Source of the DNA: a bacterium
Lineage (GTDB): Bacteria > Ratteibacteria > UBA8468
Length of the DNA stretch: 28,088 nt
Assembly (NCBI GenBank): GCA_030637775.1
Contig: DAOWFY010000140.1
Location: 1-28,088, forward strand
Reading direction: 5' to 3'
The notes beneath the pieces are model-generated. The model did not search any database, had not been told where the DNA came from, and worked only from the letters and a program-made list of their open reading frames with translations. Below are positions 8,665 to 16,904 of this stretch, piece by piece. The translations under genes and the position numbers were made by a program. Every line of letters begins with the position of its first letter. Within the stretch, counting starts at the first letter, position 1.

Positions 8665-10114
8665 GGGTATTTCTCAGACTTTCGTTACGGAAACAATAGT
8701 TTTGGCAGGTTTCATCTTTATTTACCGCTTGATCGCCAAAAATTTTGGTCCCGAAGGGGTGGGGGAGTATTCCCTAATCAGAAGAGTGGTTAGTTTTATT
8801 CAACCTTTATTGATTTTAGGTTTAGGGATAGGGCTGCCGAGATATATTGCGATGAGTAGGGATAAAGACCAAAGAATTTCATATATAAAAGCAGGCTTTT
8901 TAGTTATAACAGTTTTTACATCACTTTTTTTGATTGTTATAAATCTATTCAGAGTCTATTTTGCCAGAACATTCTTTGGCAATATTGCTTATACCGATCT
9001 GGTTCTGCCTTTTTCATTTCTTCTGATGGGCTTAGTTTTACACATTTTAATCTATTCCTATTTTCGCGGACGATTATTTGTAAAAACCTTTAATTCTCTC
9101 CAAGTAATAAATTTATCTTTGGTCCCGATTATTATTCTTATTTTTTTCAGAAATATTACGATCTCAAAGTTAATAATTTTAGTAGGCAGTAACACTTTTA
9201 TAATTGCTTTTCTTTTTTCTTTACCCTTTATTAAAGACCTCTTTGCTCCTCTTAAAAAACTACAACTTAAAAATTCATTAAAGGAACTGTTTCGTTATAG
9301 TCTACCTCGCGTTCCCGGTGATTTTGCTCTTGCCGGTCTTTTTTCCTTAGGTCCCATCTTTGCGGCCCATTTTACCCCTATTGAAGAGGTAGGTTATCTT
9401 TCCGTAAGCCAGAGCCTGTTGATTGGAATGTGTGGAATGGTTGCTCCAATAGGCATAATTCTTCTTCCCAGGGTCAGTCTTTTAATCGCTCAAGGGGAGC
9501 AAGAAACAATAAAGAAAAATTTGGATTTGTTTATTGCTGCTATTTTCCAGTGTTCCATCTTTGTGTGTGCTCAACTGATAATATTCACCGAGAGCATCAT
9601 AAAGTACTGGTTGGGTCCTGAATTCTCTGGCGCTATTCCCGTAATGCGTATCGCCCTCCTTTCCACAATTTTTTATACTTTCTATATCGGGATGAGAACT
9701 ATTTTGGATGCCACAAAAGTTAAACCTCTAAATACAATAAACATTTCTATCTCCCTGGGTACTTTTTTGTTAATTGCCGGAATGCTATTGTTCATCTTTA
9801 AGTTCTTTACCCCGGTTATTAGTTTAAGCATCGCCTTTAGTTCGGGATTAATGTCTTTGGGAATTTTAACCTATATTTCCCTGAGAAAGATATATCCGGA
9901 AAACCTGAAAAAGGATTTGAAACATTTCGGGATAGCTACGGTTATTAATCTTTTATTAGCAGGCATCGCGATGTCAACAAAGCCCTTTATAACTTCAAAA
10001 CTTTACTACTTGATTATCTTTGAAATTTTCTTGGGAATAGTTTACTTATCAATTCTATGGTTACTGAAAATGGATTGGCTGAGACAAATCCCTGAAAGAA
10101 TGTTAATAAAATGA
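8648..10114 (+). CDS. wzx: Oligosaccharide flippase (Wzx, MOP superfamily)
   Basis: About 490 aa, hydrophobic throughout, with FGPEGVGEYS...LGLGIGLPRYIA N-terminal pattern, inside a glycan locus. Confidence 0.75.
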   Translation: MKPTFKGISQTFVTETIVLAGFIFIYRLIAKNFGPEGVGEYSLIRRVVSFIQPLLILGLGIGLPRYIAMSRDKDQRISYIKAGFLVITVFTSLFLIVINLFRVYFARTFFGNIAYTDLVLPFSFLLMGLVLHILIYSYFRGRLFVKTFNSLQVINLSLVPIIILIFFRNITISKLIILVGSNTFIIAFLFSLPFIKDLFAPLKKLQLKNSLKELFRYSLPRVPGDFALAGLFSLGPIFAAHFTPIEEVGYLSVSQSLLIGMCGMVAPIGIILLPRVSLLIAQGEQETIKKNLDLFIAAIFQCSIFVCAQLIIFTESIIKYWLGPEFSGAIPVMRIALLSTIFYTFYIGMRTILDATKVKPLNTINISISLGTFLLIAGMLLFIFKFFTPVISLSIAFSSGLMSLGILTYISLRKIYPENLKKDLKHFGIATVINLLLAGIAMSTKPFITSKLYYLIIFEIFLGIVYLSILWLLKMDWLRQIPERMLIK

Positions 10115-11328
10115 TTTTAGTAATAATTTTTGCCATATTCCTTATTCCTACCAAATACACAGCCTTATCTGAGAGGTTGCATTTGCCATCCTTTCTAAAT
10201 CCAGTATTCTGGTTGTTCGCCATTATTTTCACGGTGATTATTATCAATATTCTAATAAGGCAAAAAGTTCCTAAAGTTCCCAAAAGGCTTCTTCTCCCAT
10301 ATATTGGTTTTGAAGGTTTGATGCTCTTAAGCCTTACCTACACGCCAAATTTAATATACGGGGTAGCTAAGTGTCTTGAGTTTATTACCTATACTACCTT
10401 CGCATGTTTTGCTCCTTTTTTCCTATTTCGGAGTAAATTCATCCTTGAGCGATTTTTTTATACATTAATTGCGATGGGCATCTTCCTCGCGATGGCTGTC
10501 TTTATTACTAACCCTCCGTATCTTTCCTCCCCGATTAAATTCCACACCGTATTTGGCACTAATTACTTAGCAATCCAGCAGATTGTGGGAATGGGGGCCT
10601 TAGTAATCCTTTATTACTCCTTATTTAAAAATCGCTCCAGAAAACAGGTAGGTCGGCTTATCCTCCTATTAATAATGCTTATTGGCGCTCTTTTTTATGC
10701 AGGAGGCAAGGGCGCTGTTCTCAGCTTTTTCATCACAATAATTTTTATGTCAATCGCCTCTATTAAATTTGAGAATAAGTTTAAAAAGATATTAATCAAT
10801 AAGCGGATATTAATTTTTTCCTTTTTGGTGATTTTTGCCGGAGGTTCATTATTATTTTCGAGAATGAGTAAGGCTTTTCTTGCGCGCACCAAGTTTTTAT
10901 TATTGGCTGGGTCCTATGCTCAGGTAGAAAGGTTAGAAAATGCAAAGGTTGCTTTAGAATTAGCTTATTGCCATCCTCTCTCTGGAGTAGGAGTAGGTGG
11001 ATTTAGTGATTTTTCTATTCAGATGAAGGATATAGAAAGATTTAAATACCCGCATAATATATTTTTAGAGGTTATTTCTGAATTGGGCCTGATTGGTTTC
11101 ATATTTTTTGTTCTGATAATCGCCTTTGCTTTTAAACAGCTTCTTTATTTACAAAGCAAATATCGACATTCAGAGTTATATCCCTTGCCCAATGTAATTC
11201 TTGGCCTCTTTATCTTTTCTTTCTTAAATTCTTTAGCTTCGGGTGATATCAATAACCATTTACTTTTTGCCTGGATTGGCAGCGCATATGCCATTGAACA
11301 GGTTTTAAAATCAAATTTTGACATTTAA
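10111..11328 (+). CDS. O-antigen polymerase/ligase family membrane protein (Wzy_C)
   Basis: Multi-pass; HPLSGVGVGGF and YPHNIFLEVISELGLIG motifs. Position after wzx suggests a polymerase. Confidence 0.8.
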   Translation: MILVIIFAIFLIPTKYTALSERLHLPSFLNPVFWLFAIIFTVIIINILIRQKVPKVPKRLLLPYIGFEGLMLLSLTYTPNLIYGVAKCLEFITYTTFACFAPFFLFRSKFILERFFYTLIAMGIFLAMAVFITNPPYLSSPIKFHTVFGTNYLAIQQIVGMGALVILYYSLFKNRSRKQVGRLILLLIMLIGALFYAGGKGAVLSFFITIIFMSIASIKFENKFKKILINKRILIFSFLVIFAGGSLLFSRMSKAFLARTKFLLLAGSYAQVERLENAKVALELAYCHPLSGVGVGGFSDFSIQMKDIERFKYPHNIFLEVISELGLIGFIFFVLIIAFAFKQLLYLQSKYRHSELYPLPNVILGLFIFSFLNSLASGDINNHLLFAWIGSAYAIEQVLKSNFDI

Positions 11329-11330
11329 AG

Positions 11331-11447
11331 TTGCTGCGAGGATTGTCTGGAAGTGTAATCTATTCGCATATTTGCTACTAAAGTAGGCTGATAGTATAAT
11401 GTCGCAATTCCCTACTAAAGATGGTATAATTAATTAGTAGCGGAATT
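11331..11447 (+). repeat. Dispersed promoter-like palindromic element, copy A
   Basis: Aligns by eye with 22553-22705 (+) and 23164-23245 (-). Core CTATYCGCATATT-GCTACTRAAGTAG-CTGATAGTA...TCGCAATTCCCTACT...AGTAGCGGAATT. Confidence 0.85.
11372..11430 (+). promoter_or_regulatory. Tandem sigma70-like promoters within copy A, upstream of the MNT-HEPN pair
   Basis: P1: TTGCTA (11372-77), 17 nt, TATAAT (11395-400). P2: TCGCAA (11402-07), 17 nt, TG-g-TATAAT (11425-30). Confidence 0.65.
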
Positions 11448-11470
11448 TATTTCGAATATTATAGAATTAT

Positions 11471-11767
11471 ATGAAGAAAATTTCAGAAAACCCAGAAAAG
11501 GAAATTAAGAATATTATCTTTCAGTTTTTGGACCCTAAGGAATATCAAGTTTTCATTTTTGGCTCAAGGGTTACTGGAAAAGCACAAAAATATAGCGATT
11601 ACGATGTAGGAATTCGGGGCAAAAAATCTTTACCTTCCAAGATTAAAGTTTTGATTGAAGAAGCATTGGAAGAATCTGATTTGCCTTACAAGGTTGATAT
11701 TATTGATTTTTCTTTGGTCTCTCCCAACTTTAAAAAAGTGGCTTTATCAAAAATTAAAAAATTATGA
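11471..11767 (+). CDS. mntA: Minimal nucleotidyltransferase (MNT) antitoxin
   Basis: 98 aa; GS-X10-DXD motif (GSRVTGKAQKYSDYD); VDII; ATGA overlap with the HEPN gene. Confidence 0.85.
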   Translation: MKKISENPEKEIKNIIFQFLDPKEYQVFIFGSRVTGKAQKYSDYDVGIRGKKSLPSKIKVLIEEALEESDLPYKVDIIDFSLVSPNFKKVALSKIKKL

Positions 11768-12135
11768 CTAAGTCAGAAAGTTTGATTAAAGATCTCAAAA
11801 AGGCTAATCAAAGATTAAAAGAAGCAACTGAAGCTAAACCGACAAGGATGAATAGAGATGCAACCATTCAAAGATTTGAATTCACTTTTGAACTTGCCTG
11901 GAAGACAATTCAAGAATATGTCCGAGACCAGGGTCTTGATTGCAAAAGTCCTAAAAATTGTATTCGAGAAGGAGGTCGGCTGGAATTAATCGAGAATGTC
12001 GAAAAATGGTTTAAGTTTTTAGATAATAGAAACCTTATTGCTCACACCTATAATGAGAAATTAGCCAACAAAGTTTATCGTAAGGCCTTGAAGTTTCCCC
12101 AGGAAATAGATGGTTTATTGGAAAGCCTTGGTTAG
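11764..12135 (+). CDS. hepT: HEPN-domain RNase toxin (HI0074 / nucleotidyltransferase substrate-binding family)
   Basis: RDATIQRFEFTFELAWK and RX4HXY motif RNLIAHTY; immediately downstream of the MNT gene. Confidence 0.85.
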   Translation: MTKSESLIKDLKKANQRLKEATEAKPTRMNRDATIQRFEFTFELAWKTIQEYVRDQGLDCKSPKNCIREGGRLELIENVEKWFKFLDNRNLIAHTYNEKLANKVYRKALKFPQEIDGLLESLG

Positions 12136-12207
12136 ACTGACCGTACCCTTCCAACAGAGCCGGCAACCCTTTTCTAAATAAGAAGAAAGGTTTTAGCTAA
12201 TATTTAA

Positions 12208-13224
12208 ATGGACAATTTACCTTTGGTTTCAATAATTATTCCCTGCCGCAATGAGGAAAAATTCATTGAGAAATGTCTTGATTCCATTGTCTTACAGGAT
12301 TATCCCAAGGAGAGCTTAGAGGTTTTGGTTGTCGATGGGATGAGTGGGGATGGGACAAGAGATATTATAAGAAGCTATGCGCAAGAGCATTCCTTTATCG
12401 GGCTTCTGGATAACCCAAAGAAAATCACTCCTTGTGGATTAAATACAGGCATTAAAAATGCAAAGGGAGAAATTATTTTATGGATGAGTGCCCACAACAG
12501 ATATAAGAAGGATTATATATCAAAATGCATTAAGTATCAGAAAGAATATAATGCCGATAATGTGGGTGGGAGGATGGTAACTCTACCCAGGAATGACACC
12601 TTTATCGGCAAAGCTATAGTTAATGTCTTATCTCATCCTTTTGGCGTTGGCAATTCCATTTTCAGAATAGGCGCAAAGAAACCGAGATGGGTGGATACCG
12701 TGTTTGGTGGCTGCTATAAAAAAGAGGTTTTTGATAAAATTGGGCTTTTCAACGAGAATCTTGCCCGAGGTCAGGATATGGAATTTAATTTAAGGTTAAA
12801 AAGAGCGGGACTGAAAACTTTATTAGTCCCTGAGATTGTAAGTTATTATTATGCCCGCTCTGACTTTAAGTCATTTTATAAGTATAATTTTGTAAATGGG
12901 TTCTGGGCTATTCTTCCTTTTAAATTTACCAAGATAATGCCTGTTTCCTTAAGGCATTTGATTCCTTTTATATTTGTTCTTAGTTTAATGGGGAGTGGAA
13001 TTCTCTCCTTCTTTCTTCCTCTCTTTCGCCGGATATTTTTGCTTATTGTTGGTCTATATTTCTTGACCAATATCTATTTTTCCCTTAAAATTGCCTTAAA
13101 AAAGAAAAATATAAAATACCTGTTTATGATGCCGATAGTATTTGCATCACTTCATACAGGATATGGTTTAGGTTCAATCTGGGGGGCGATAAAATTGTTG
13201 TTGCCGGGCAAAAAGAAGGATTAA
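12208..13224 (+). CDS. Glycosyltransferase family 2 (ExoA-like)
   Basis: VSIIIPCRNEE, VVDGMSGDGT, FNENLARGQDMEFNLRL, and C-terminal hydrophobic helices. Confidence 0.9.
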   Translation: MDNLPLVSIIIPCRNEEKFIEKCLDSIVLQDYPKESLEVLVVDGMSGDGTRDIIRSYAQEHSFIGLLDNPKKITPCGLNTGIKNAKGEIILWMSAHNRYKKDYISKCIKYQKEYNADNVGGRMVTLPRNDTFIGKAIVNVLSHPFGVGNSIFRIGAKKPRWVDTVFGGCYKKEVFDKIGLFNENLARGQDMEFNLRLKRAGLKTLLVPEIVSYYYARSDFKSFYKYNFVNGFWAILPFKFTKIMPVSLRHLIPFIFVLSLMGSGILSFFLPLFRRIFLLIVGLYFLTNIYFSLKIALKKKNIKYLFMMPIVFASLHTGYGLGSIWGAIKLLLPGKKKD

Positions 13225-13233
13225 GATAAAAAA

Positions 13234-13262
13234 TTGTCTCTAGAGGAATTTTGTGGTAAAAT
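13234..13262 (+). promoter_or_regulatory. sigma70-type promoter of the RelE-type TA pair
   Basis: TTGTCT (13234-39), 17 nt, TG-g-TAAAAT (13257-62); SD GGAGGT at 13270-75. Short palindromes CTCTAGAG (13238-45) and AATTTT-gtggt-AAAATT (13247-63) overlap the promoter. Confidence 0.65.
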
Positions 13263-13283
13263 TTATAATGGAGGTGAGGGTTA

Positions 13284-13475
13284 ATGGGCAATAAAACAGT
13301 AAATATTCCAGTAAGAACTATTCATAAACTTCAAGAGGTTTTAACAGAATTAGAAAAGGCAATTTCTCCCTATAAAGCCAAATTTCTGGCAAGAATGTAT
13401 CGAGCCAGAGCCTCTGATTTGGAGGGAAAGGGAAAGAATTTGCCAGAAATTAAAAAACGATTCGGGAAGGATTGA
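13284..13475 (+). CDS. Putative type II antitoxin (63 aa)
   Basis: Good SD; TGATG overlap with a RelE/ParE-like gene; C-terminal pattern RARASDLEGKGKNLPEIKKRFG resembles antitoxin tails. The call rests mainly on position. Confidence 0.6.
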   Translation: MGNKTVNIPVRTIHKLQEVLTELEKAISPYKAKFLARMYRARASDLEGKGKNLPEIKKRFGKD

Positions 13476-13756
13476 TGGGCTCTCGCTATGAAGTTATTTT
13501 TCTCCCCGAGGCAGAGGAAGACTTAGAAGATTTAGATCCTTCCATCCGTAAAAGGTGTTTAACCAAAATCGAATGGTTATCTTTGCATCCTGAAGTTCTC
13601 GGCAAGAAACCTCTCCAAAGTTTACCATCTTCCCTAAAAGGTCTTAACAGTTATGTAGTCGGTAATTGGCGAATTCTTTATTGGGTATACCCATCGCAAA
13701 AGTGCATCAAAATATATGGCATTCAGCATCGTTCTTCCATATACAAACATCTTTAA
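13475..13756 (+). CDS. RelE/ParE family toxin
   Basis: 93 aa; YEVIFLPEAEEDLEDLD...VGNWRILY...GIQHRSSIY matches the RelE/ParE layout. Confidence 0.8.
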   Translation: MGSRYEVIFLPEAEEDLEDLDPSIRKRCLTKIEWLSLHPEVLGKKPLQSLPSSLKGLNSYVVGNWRILYWVYPSQKCIKIYGIQHRSSIYKHL

Positions 13757-14358
13757 TGTTAAAGCGATTGTTTGATATTGTTTTTTCTTTTATCGGGCTT
13801 GTAGTTCTATCTCCCCTTTTTCTTCTTGTCTCCATTTTAATAAAGTTAGATTCGAAGGGTCCAGTCTTTTATCGGGGAGTAAGGATTGGCAGATTTGGTA
13901 AATCATTCAGGATATATAAATTCAGAACGCTGGTGGCCAATGCCGATAAGATTGGGGGTCCTTCTACCGCTGATGATGACCCAAGAATTACTAAAATTGG
14001 CAGACTTATCAGAAAGTATAAATTGGATGAATTCCCCCAACTTATTAATGTCCTTTTTGGCAAGATGAGCCTTGTGGGTCCCAGGCCTCAAGTTCCGGAG
14101 GATGTTGCGCTCTATACCAAAGAGGAAAGGGCTATTCTGAATGTGCTCCCCGGGATAACGGACTACGCATCGATCAAGTTCAGTAACGAGGGAAAAATCC
14201 TTCGTGGCAGTACCGATACGGATAAGGTCTATGTAGAAAAGATAAGGTCTGAAAAACTCAGGCTTGAGCTGGTATATGCCAGAAATCACTCGCTTGGGAT
14301 TGATTTCAAAATCCTGTTGAAAACTTTAAGAACCCTGTTTGATAGAGGAAGAGACTGA
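13756..14358 (+). CDS. Small phosphoglycosyl transferase (Bac_transf, PglC-like)
   Basis: MLKRLFD, YKFRTL, LDEFPQLINVLFGKMSLVGPRP, PGITD. Start set at ATG 13756 (TAATG overlap with the toxin stop). Confidence 0.9.
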   Translation: MLKRLFDIVFSFIGLVVLSPLFLLVSILIKLDSKGPVFYRGVRIGRFGKSFRIYKFRTLVANADKIGGPSTADDDPRITKIGRLIRKYKLDEFPQLINVLFGKMSLVGPRPQVPEDVALYTKEERAILNVLPGITDYASIKFSNEGKILRGSTDTDKVYVEKIRSEKLRLELVYARNHSLGIDFKILLKTLRTLFDRGRD

Positions 14359-15188
14359 TGGCTCAGTTATATAAAGAGGAAATTAATGAGTATAGAGAGA
14401 TTGCTAAGCAAATTAGAAGAGAAATACTTAGTATGGCCTATAAATCAAAAAGCCCGCATATTGGATCATCCCTTTCTATCGTTGAGATATTGGTAGCATT
14501 ATACTTCAAGTGTCTTTCGATTTCCCCCGATGCGCCTCAGGATGAAGGTAGAGACAGGTTCATTTTAAGCAAGGGGCATGGCTGCCCGGCATTATATGCT
14601 ACCCTTGCCTATAGAGGAGTCTTTAGCAAAGAGATTTTATCTGGATTTGCTGTCAATGGAGGTACGTTAGAGCAACATCCAAGTCGTGATATTAAGCGAG
14701 GGATTGAGGTTTCCACCGGTTCTTTGGGCCATGGGCTTTCAATCGGCGTGGGAATGGCTCTTGCCGCAAAGTATAACAGAGCAAACTATAGAGTAATTGC
14801 GCTTTTAAGTGACGGAGAAATGAACGAGGGCTCAGTTTGGGAAGCGGCGATGTTCGCTGCTCACCATAAACTTGACAACCTGATTGCAATCGTTGACTAT
14901 AATGAGCTTCAAGCATTAGGGAGAACAAATGAGGTGGTCAATTTAGAACCACTTGCTGGGAAATGGCATTCCTTTGGATGGGGGGTCCAGGAAATTGATG
15001 GACATAGTTTCAAAGAGATCATAAATATTTTTCAAAAAATTCCATTTCGGCAACAAAAACCAAGTGTTATTATCGCTCATACTATAAAAGGGAAAGGCGT
15101 CTCGTTTATGGAGGGCAAACTTCTCTGGCATTACCGACATCCAGATGACGAAGAATACAAAAGAGCATTAGAGGAGCTTTCTCGATAG
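14358..15188 (+). CDS. Transketolase-like ThDP enzyme, N-terminal subunit
   Basis: HIGSSLS, DRFILSKGH, GSLGHG, GDG-like SDGEMNEG ThDP motif, TIKGKG. Confidence 0.9.
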   Translation: MAQLYKEEINEYREIAKQIRREILSMAYKSKSPHIGSSLSIVEILVALYFKCLSISPDAPQDEGRDRFILSKGHGCPALYATLAYRGVFSKEILSGFAVNGGTLEQHPSRDIKRGIEVSTGSLGHGLSIGVGMALAAKYNRANYRVIALLSDGEMNEGSVWEAAMFAAHHKLDNLIAIVDYNELQALGRTNEVVNLEPLAGKWHSFGWGVQEIDGHSFKEIINIFQKIPFRQQKPSVIIAHTIKGKGVSFMEGKLLWHYRHPDDEEYKRALEELSR

Positions 15189-15193
15189 AACAT

Positions 15194-16117
15194 ATGAGAA
15201 CTACTTTCATAAAGACACTGGAAAAGGTCGCCGCGCGCGATGATAGTATCTTTTTGCTTACAGCAGATTTAGGCTTCAAATTATTTGATAGATTTAGGGA
15301 CGCCTATTCTGAAAGATTCATAAATGTTGGCGTTGCCGAAGCAAATATGATCGGTATTGCCGCAGGATTGGCCCTATCAGGGAAAAATGTTTATTGCTAT
15401 TCGATCGCTCCATTTTTGACGATGCGCTGTCTTGAACAGATTCGAATTGACCTCTGCTATCAAAACCTCAATGTAAAGTTGTTGGGCATTGGCGGAGGAT
15501 TGGTTTATGGCCTCGAAGGTACAACCCATCACGCAGTGGAGGATCTGGCCATTATGCGCTCATTGCCTAATATGACAGTGGTTGCTCCCGGGGATAAACG
15601 AGAAGCCGAAGCTTTAGCAAACGAATCGGTTCGGTACCAGGGTCCGATCTATATCCGGCTAAGCAAAGAGGGGGGAATCCAGGTTCATAAAACTACTCCC
15701 GGTCTTAAGATTGGCAAAGGATTCATTGTTAAGGAAGGAGCCGGTCTCACCATTATTACTGCCGGCAACCTTCTCTTTACCTCAAAATCGGTCTCGGATA
15801 TCCTGGAAAGCAAAAATGTAAAGACGACATTAATCAGCATGCATACAATAAAGCCTTTAGATATCAAACTTCTTGAAAGATGCCTCAAGACGAGTAAGGC
15901 AATATTTACCATAGAGGAACATAGTATTGTTGGAGGACTGGGTTCGGCGGTTGCCGAAGTTTTATTGGAGTTAGGTTACAAAGGAATATTTCGTCGCTTC
16001 GGACTTCCGGATAGGTATGGACCATATATTGGAAAAACCGAATATCTCCGTAAGAAATATCGCCTCACTCCAAAAGCGATTGCAAATTCCATTTTAAGAG
16101 TTTTAAATTACAAATAG
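15194..16117 (+). CDS. Transketolase-like ThDP enzyme, pyrimidine-binding/C-terminal subunit
   Basis: NVGVAEANM, THHAVED, MHTIKPLD, EEHSIVGGLGSAVAE. Confidence 0.9.
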   Translation: MRTTFIKTLEKVAARDDSIFLLTADLGFKLFDRFRDAYSERFINVGVAEANMIGIAAGLALSGKNVYCYSIAPFLTMRCLEQIRIDLCYQNLNVKLLGIGGGLVYGLEGTTHHAVEDLAIMRSLPNMTVVAPGDKREAEALANESVRYQGPIYIRLSKEGGIQVHKTTPGLKIGKGFIVKEGAGLTIITAGNLLFTSKSVSDILESKNVKTTLISMHTIKPLDIKLLERCLKTSKAIFTIEEHSIVGGLGSAVAEVLLELGYKGIFRRFGLPDRYGPYIGKTEYLRKKYRLTPKAIANSILRVLNYK

Positions 16118-16133
16118 CGAGGAGGGTTATGAT

Positions 16134-16889
16134 ATGAAATCCAAGATTAAGCCCGAAGGTGGTCTTAGGACAAAAGCGGAAAGAGAAGTGGGTAAAAAAC
16201 TGGAAAGGATTTTTCTTGATTGCCCCGAGAGCATCGAGGCAAAGTTGGAAAACTTTACAAAATATGTAAAACGGCAAAAAGTCACACGTTTTTTAGCGCT
16301 ATACGAAATTTTTAAAAAAGTTTTACCCATTAAAGGCTCGATCATCGAGTGCGGTGTCTATCGAGGTTTTGGACTTATGGCCTGGGCCCAGATGAGCGCT
16401 GTTTTGGAACCAGCAAATCTAACCAGGCGAATATATGGATTTGATACCTTCGAGGGGTTCTCTTCGGTGACAAAAGAAGACAAAAGCAAACATTGTCAGG
16501 TAAAACCCGGCGGTCTTTCTTCTAATTCATTTAATGAGTTGAACAAGTTAATCAAAGCGTATGATTCAAACAGGTTTTTGGGTCATATAAGCAAGGTTCA
16601 ATTAATAAAGGGGAATGCCACCAAAACCATTCCAGAATTTATTAAAAATAACAAACACCTTGTTGTAAGTCTGTTATTTTTAGATTTTGATTTATTTGAA
16701 CCAACCAGGGTCGCAATTGAAAACTTCTACCCCAGGATGCCAAAAGGCTCAATCATCGCCTTTGATGAATTAGATAACCCTATTTGGCCAGGGGAGTCGA
16801 TGGCTCTTCTTAAAACGATAGGGATAAACAGGTTAAAAATAGAGAGGATTGAATTTGATCCCTATATCGGTTATGCCGTTATCAATTAA
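16134..16889 (+). CDS. TylF/MycF-related O-methyltransferase
   Basis: GSIIECGVYRG, IYGFDTFEGF, DFDLFEPT, GSIIAFDE; SD AGGAGG at 16120-16125. Confidence 0.75.
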   Translation: MKSKIKPEGGLRTKAEREVGKKLERIFLDCPESIEAKLENFTKYVKRQKVTRFLALYEIFKKVLPIKGSIIECGVYRGFGLMAWAQMSAVLEPANLTRRIYGFDTFEGFSSVTKEDKSKHCQVKPGGLSSNSFNELNKLIKAYDSNRFLGHISKVQLIKGNATKTIPEFIKNNKHLVVSLLFLDFDLFEPTRVAIENFYPRMPKGSIIAFDELDNPIWPGESMALLKTIGINRLKIERIEFDPYIGYAVIN

Positions 16890-16904
16890 AAGAACTTAAA
16901 TAAT

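Noticed and set aside
6710-11336. Shared AAGTTGCT directly after the stops of the AAA gene (6710) and the wzy-like gene (11328)
   Set aside because: Only 8-9 nt match and similarity to repeat copy A does not extend; could be chance.
12131-12137. GTTAGAC after hepT as an integron attC core site; cassette array hypothesis for the TA genes
   Set aside because: No matching RYYYAAC inverse core or paired L boxes, no similar sites at the other cassettes, and no integrase in view.
13666-13755. 30-aa N-terminal extension of the small sugar transferase
   Set aside because: It overlaps the toxin gene in another frame; the family N-terminus MLKRLFD begins at ATG 13756.
16129-16137. Mini-ORF ATG-ATA-TGA overlapping the methyltransferase start
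   Set aside because: Too close to the SD to be favoured, and such short patterns arise readily by chance.
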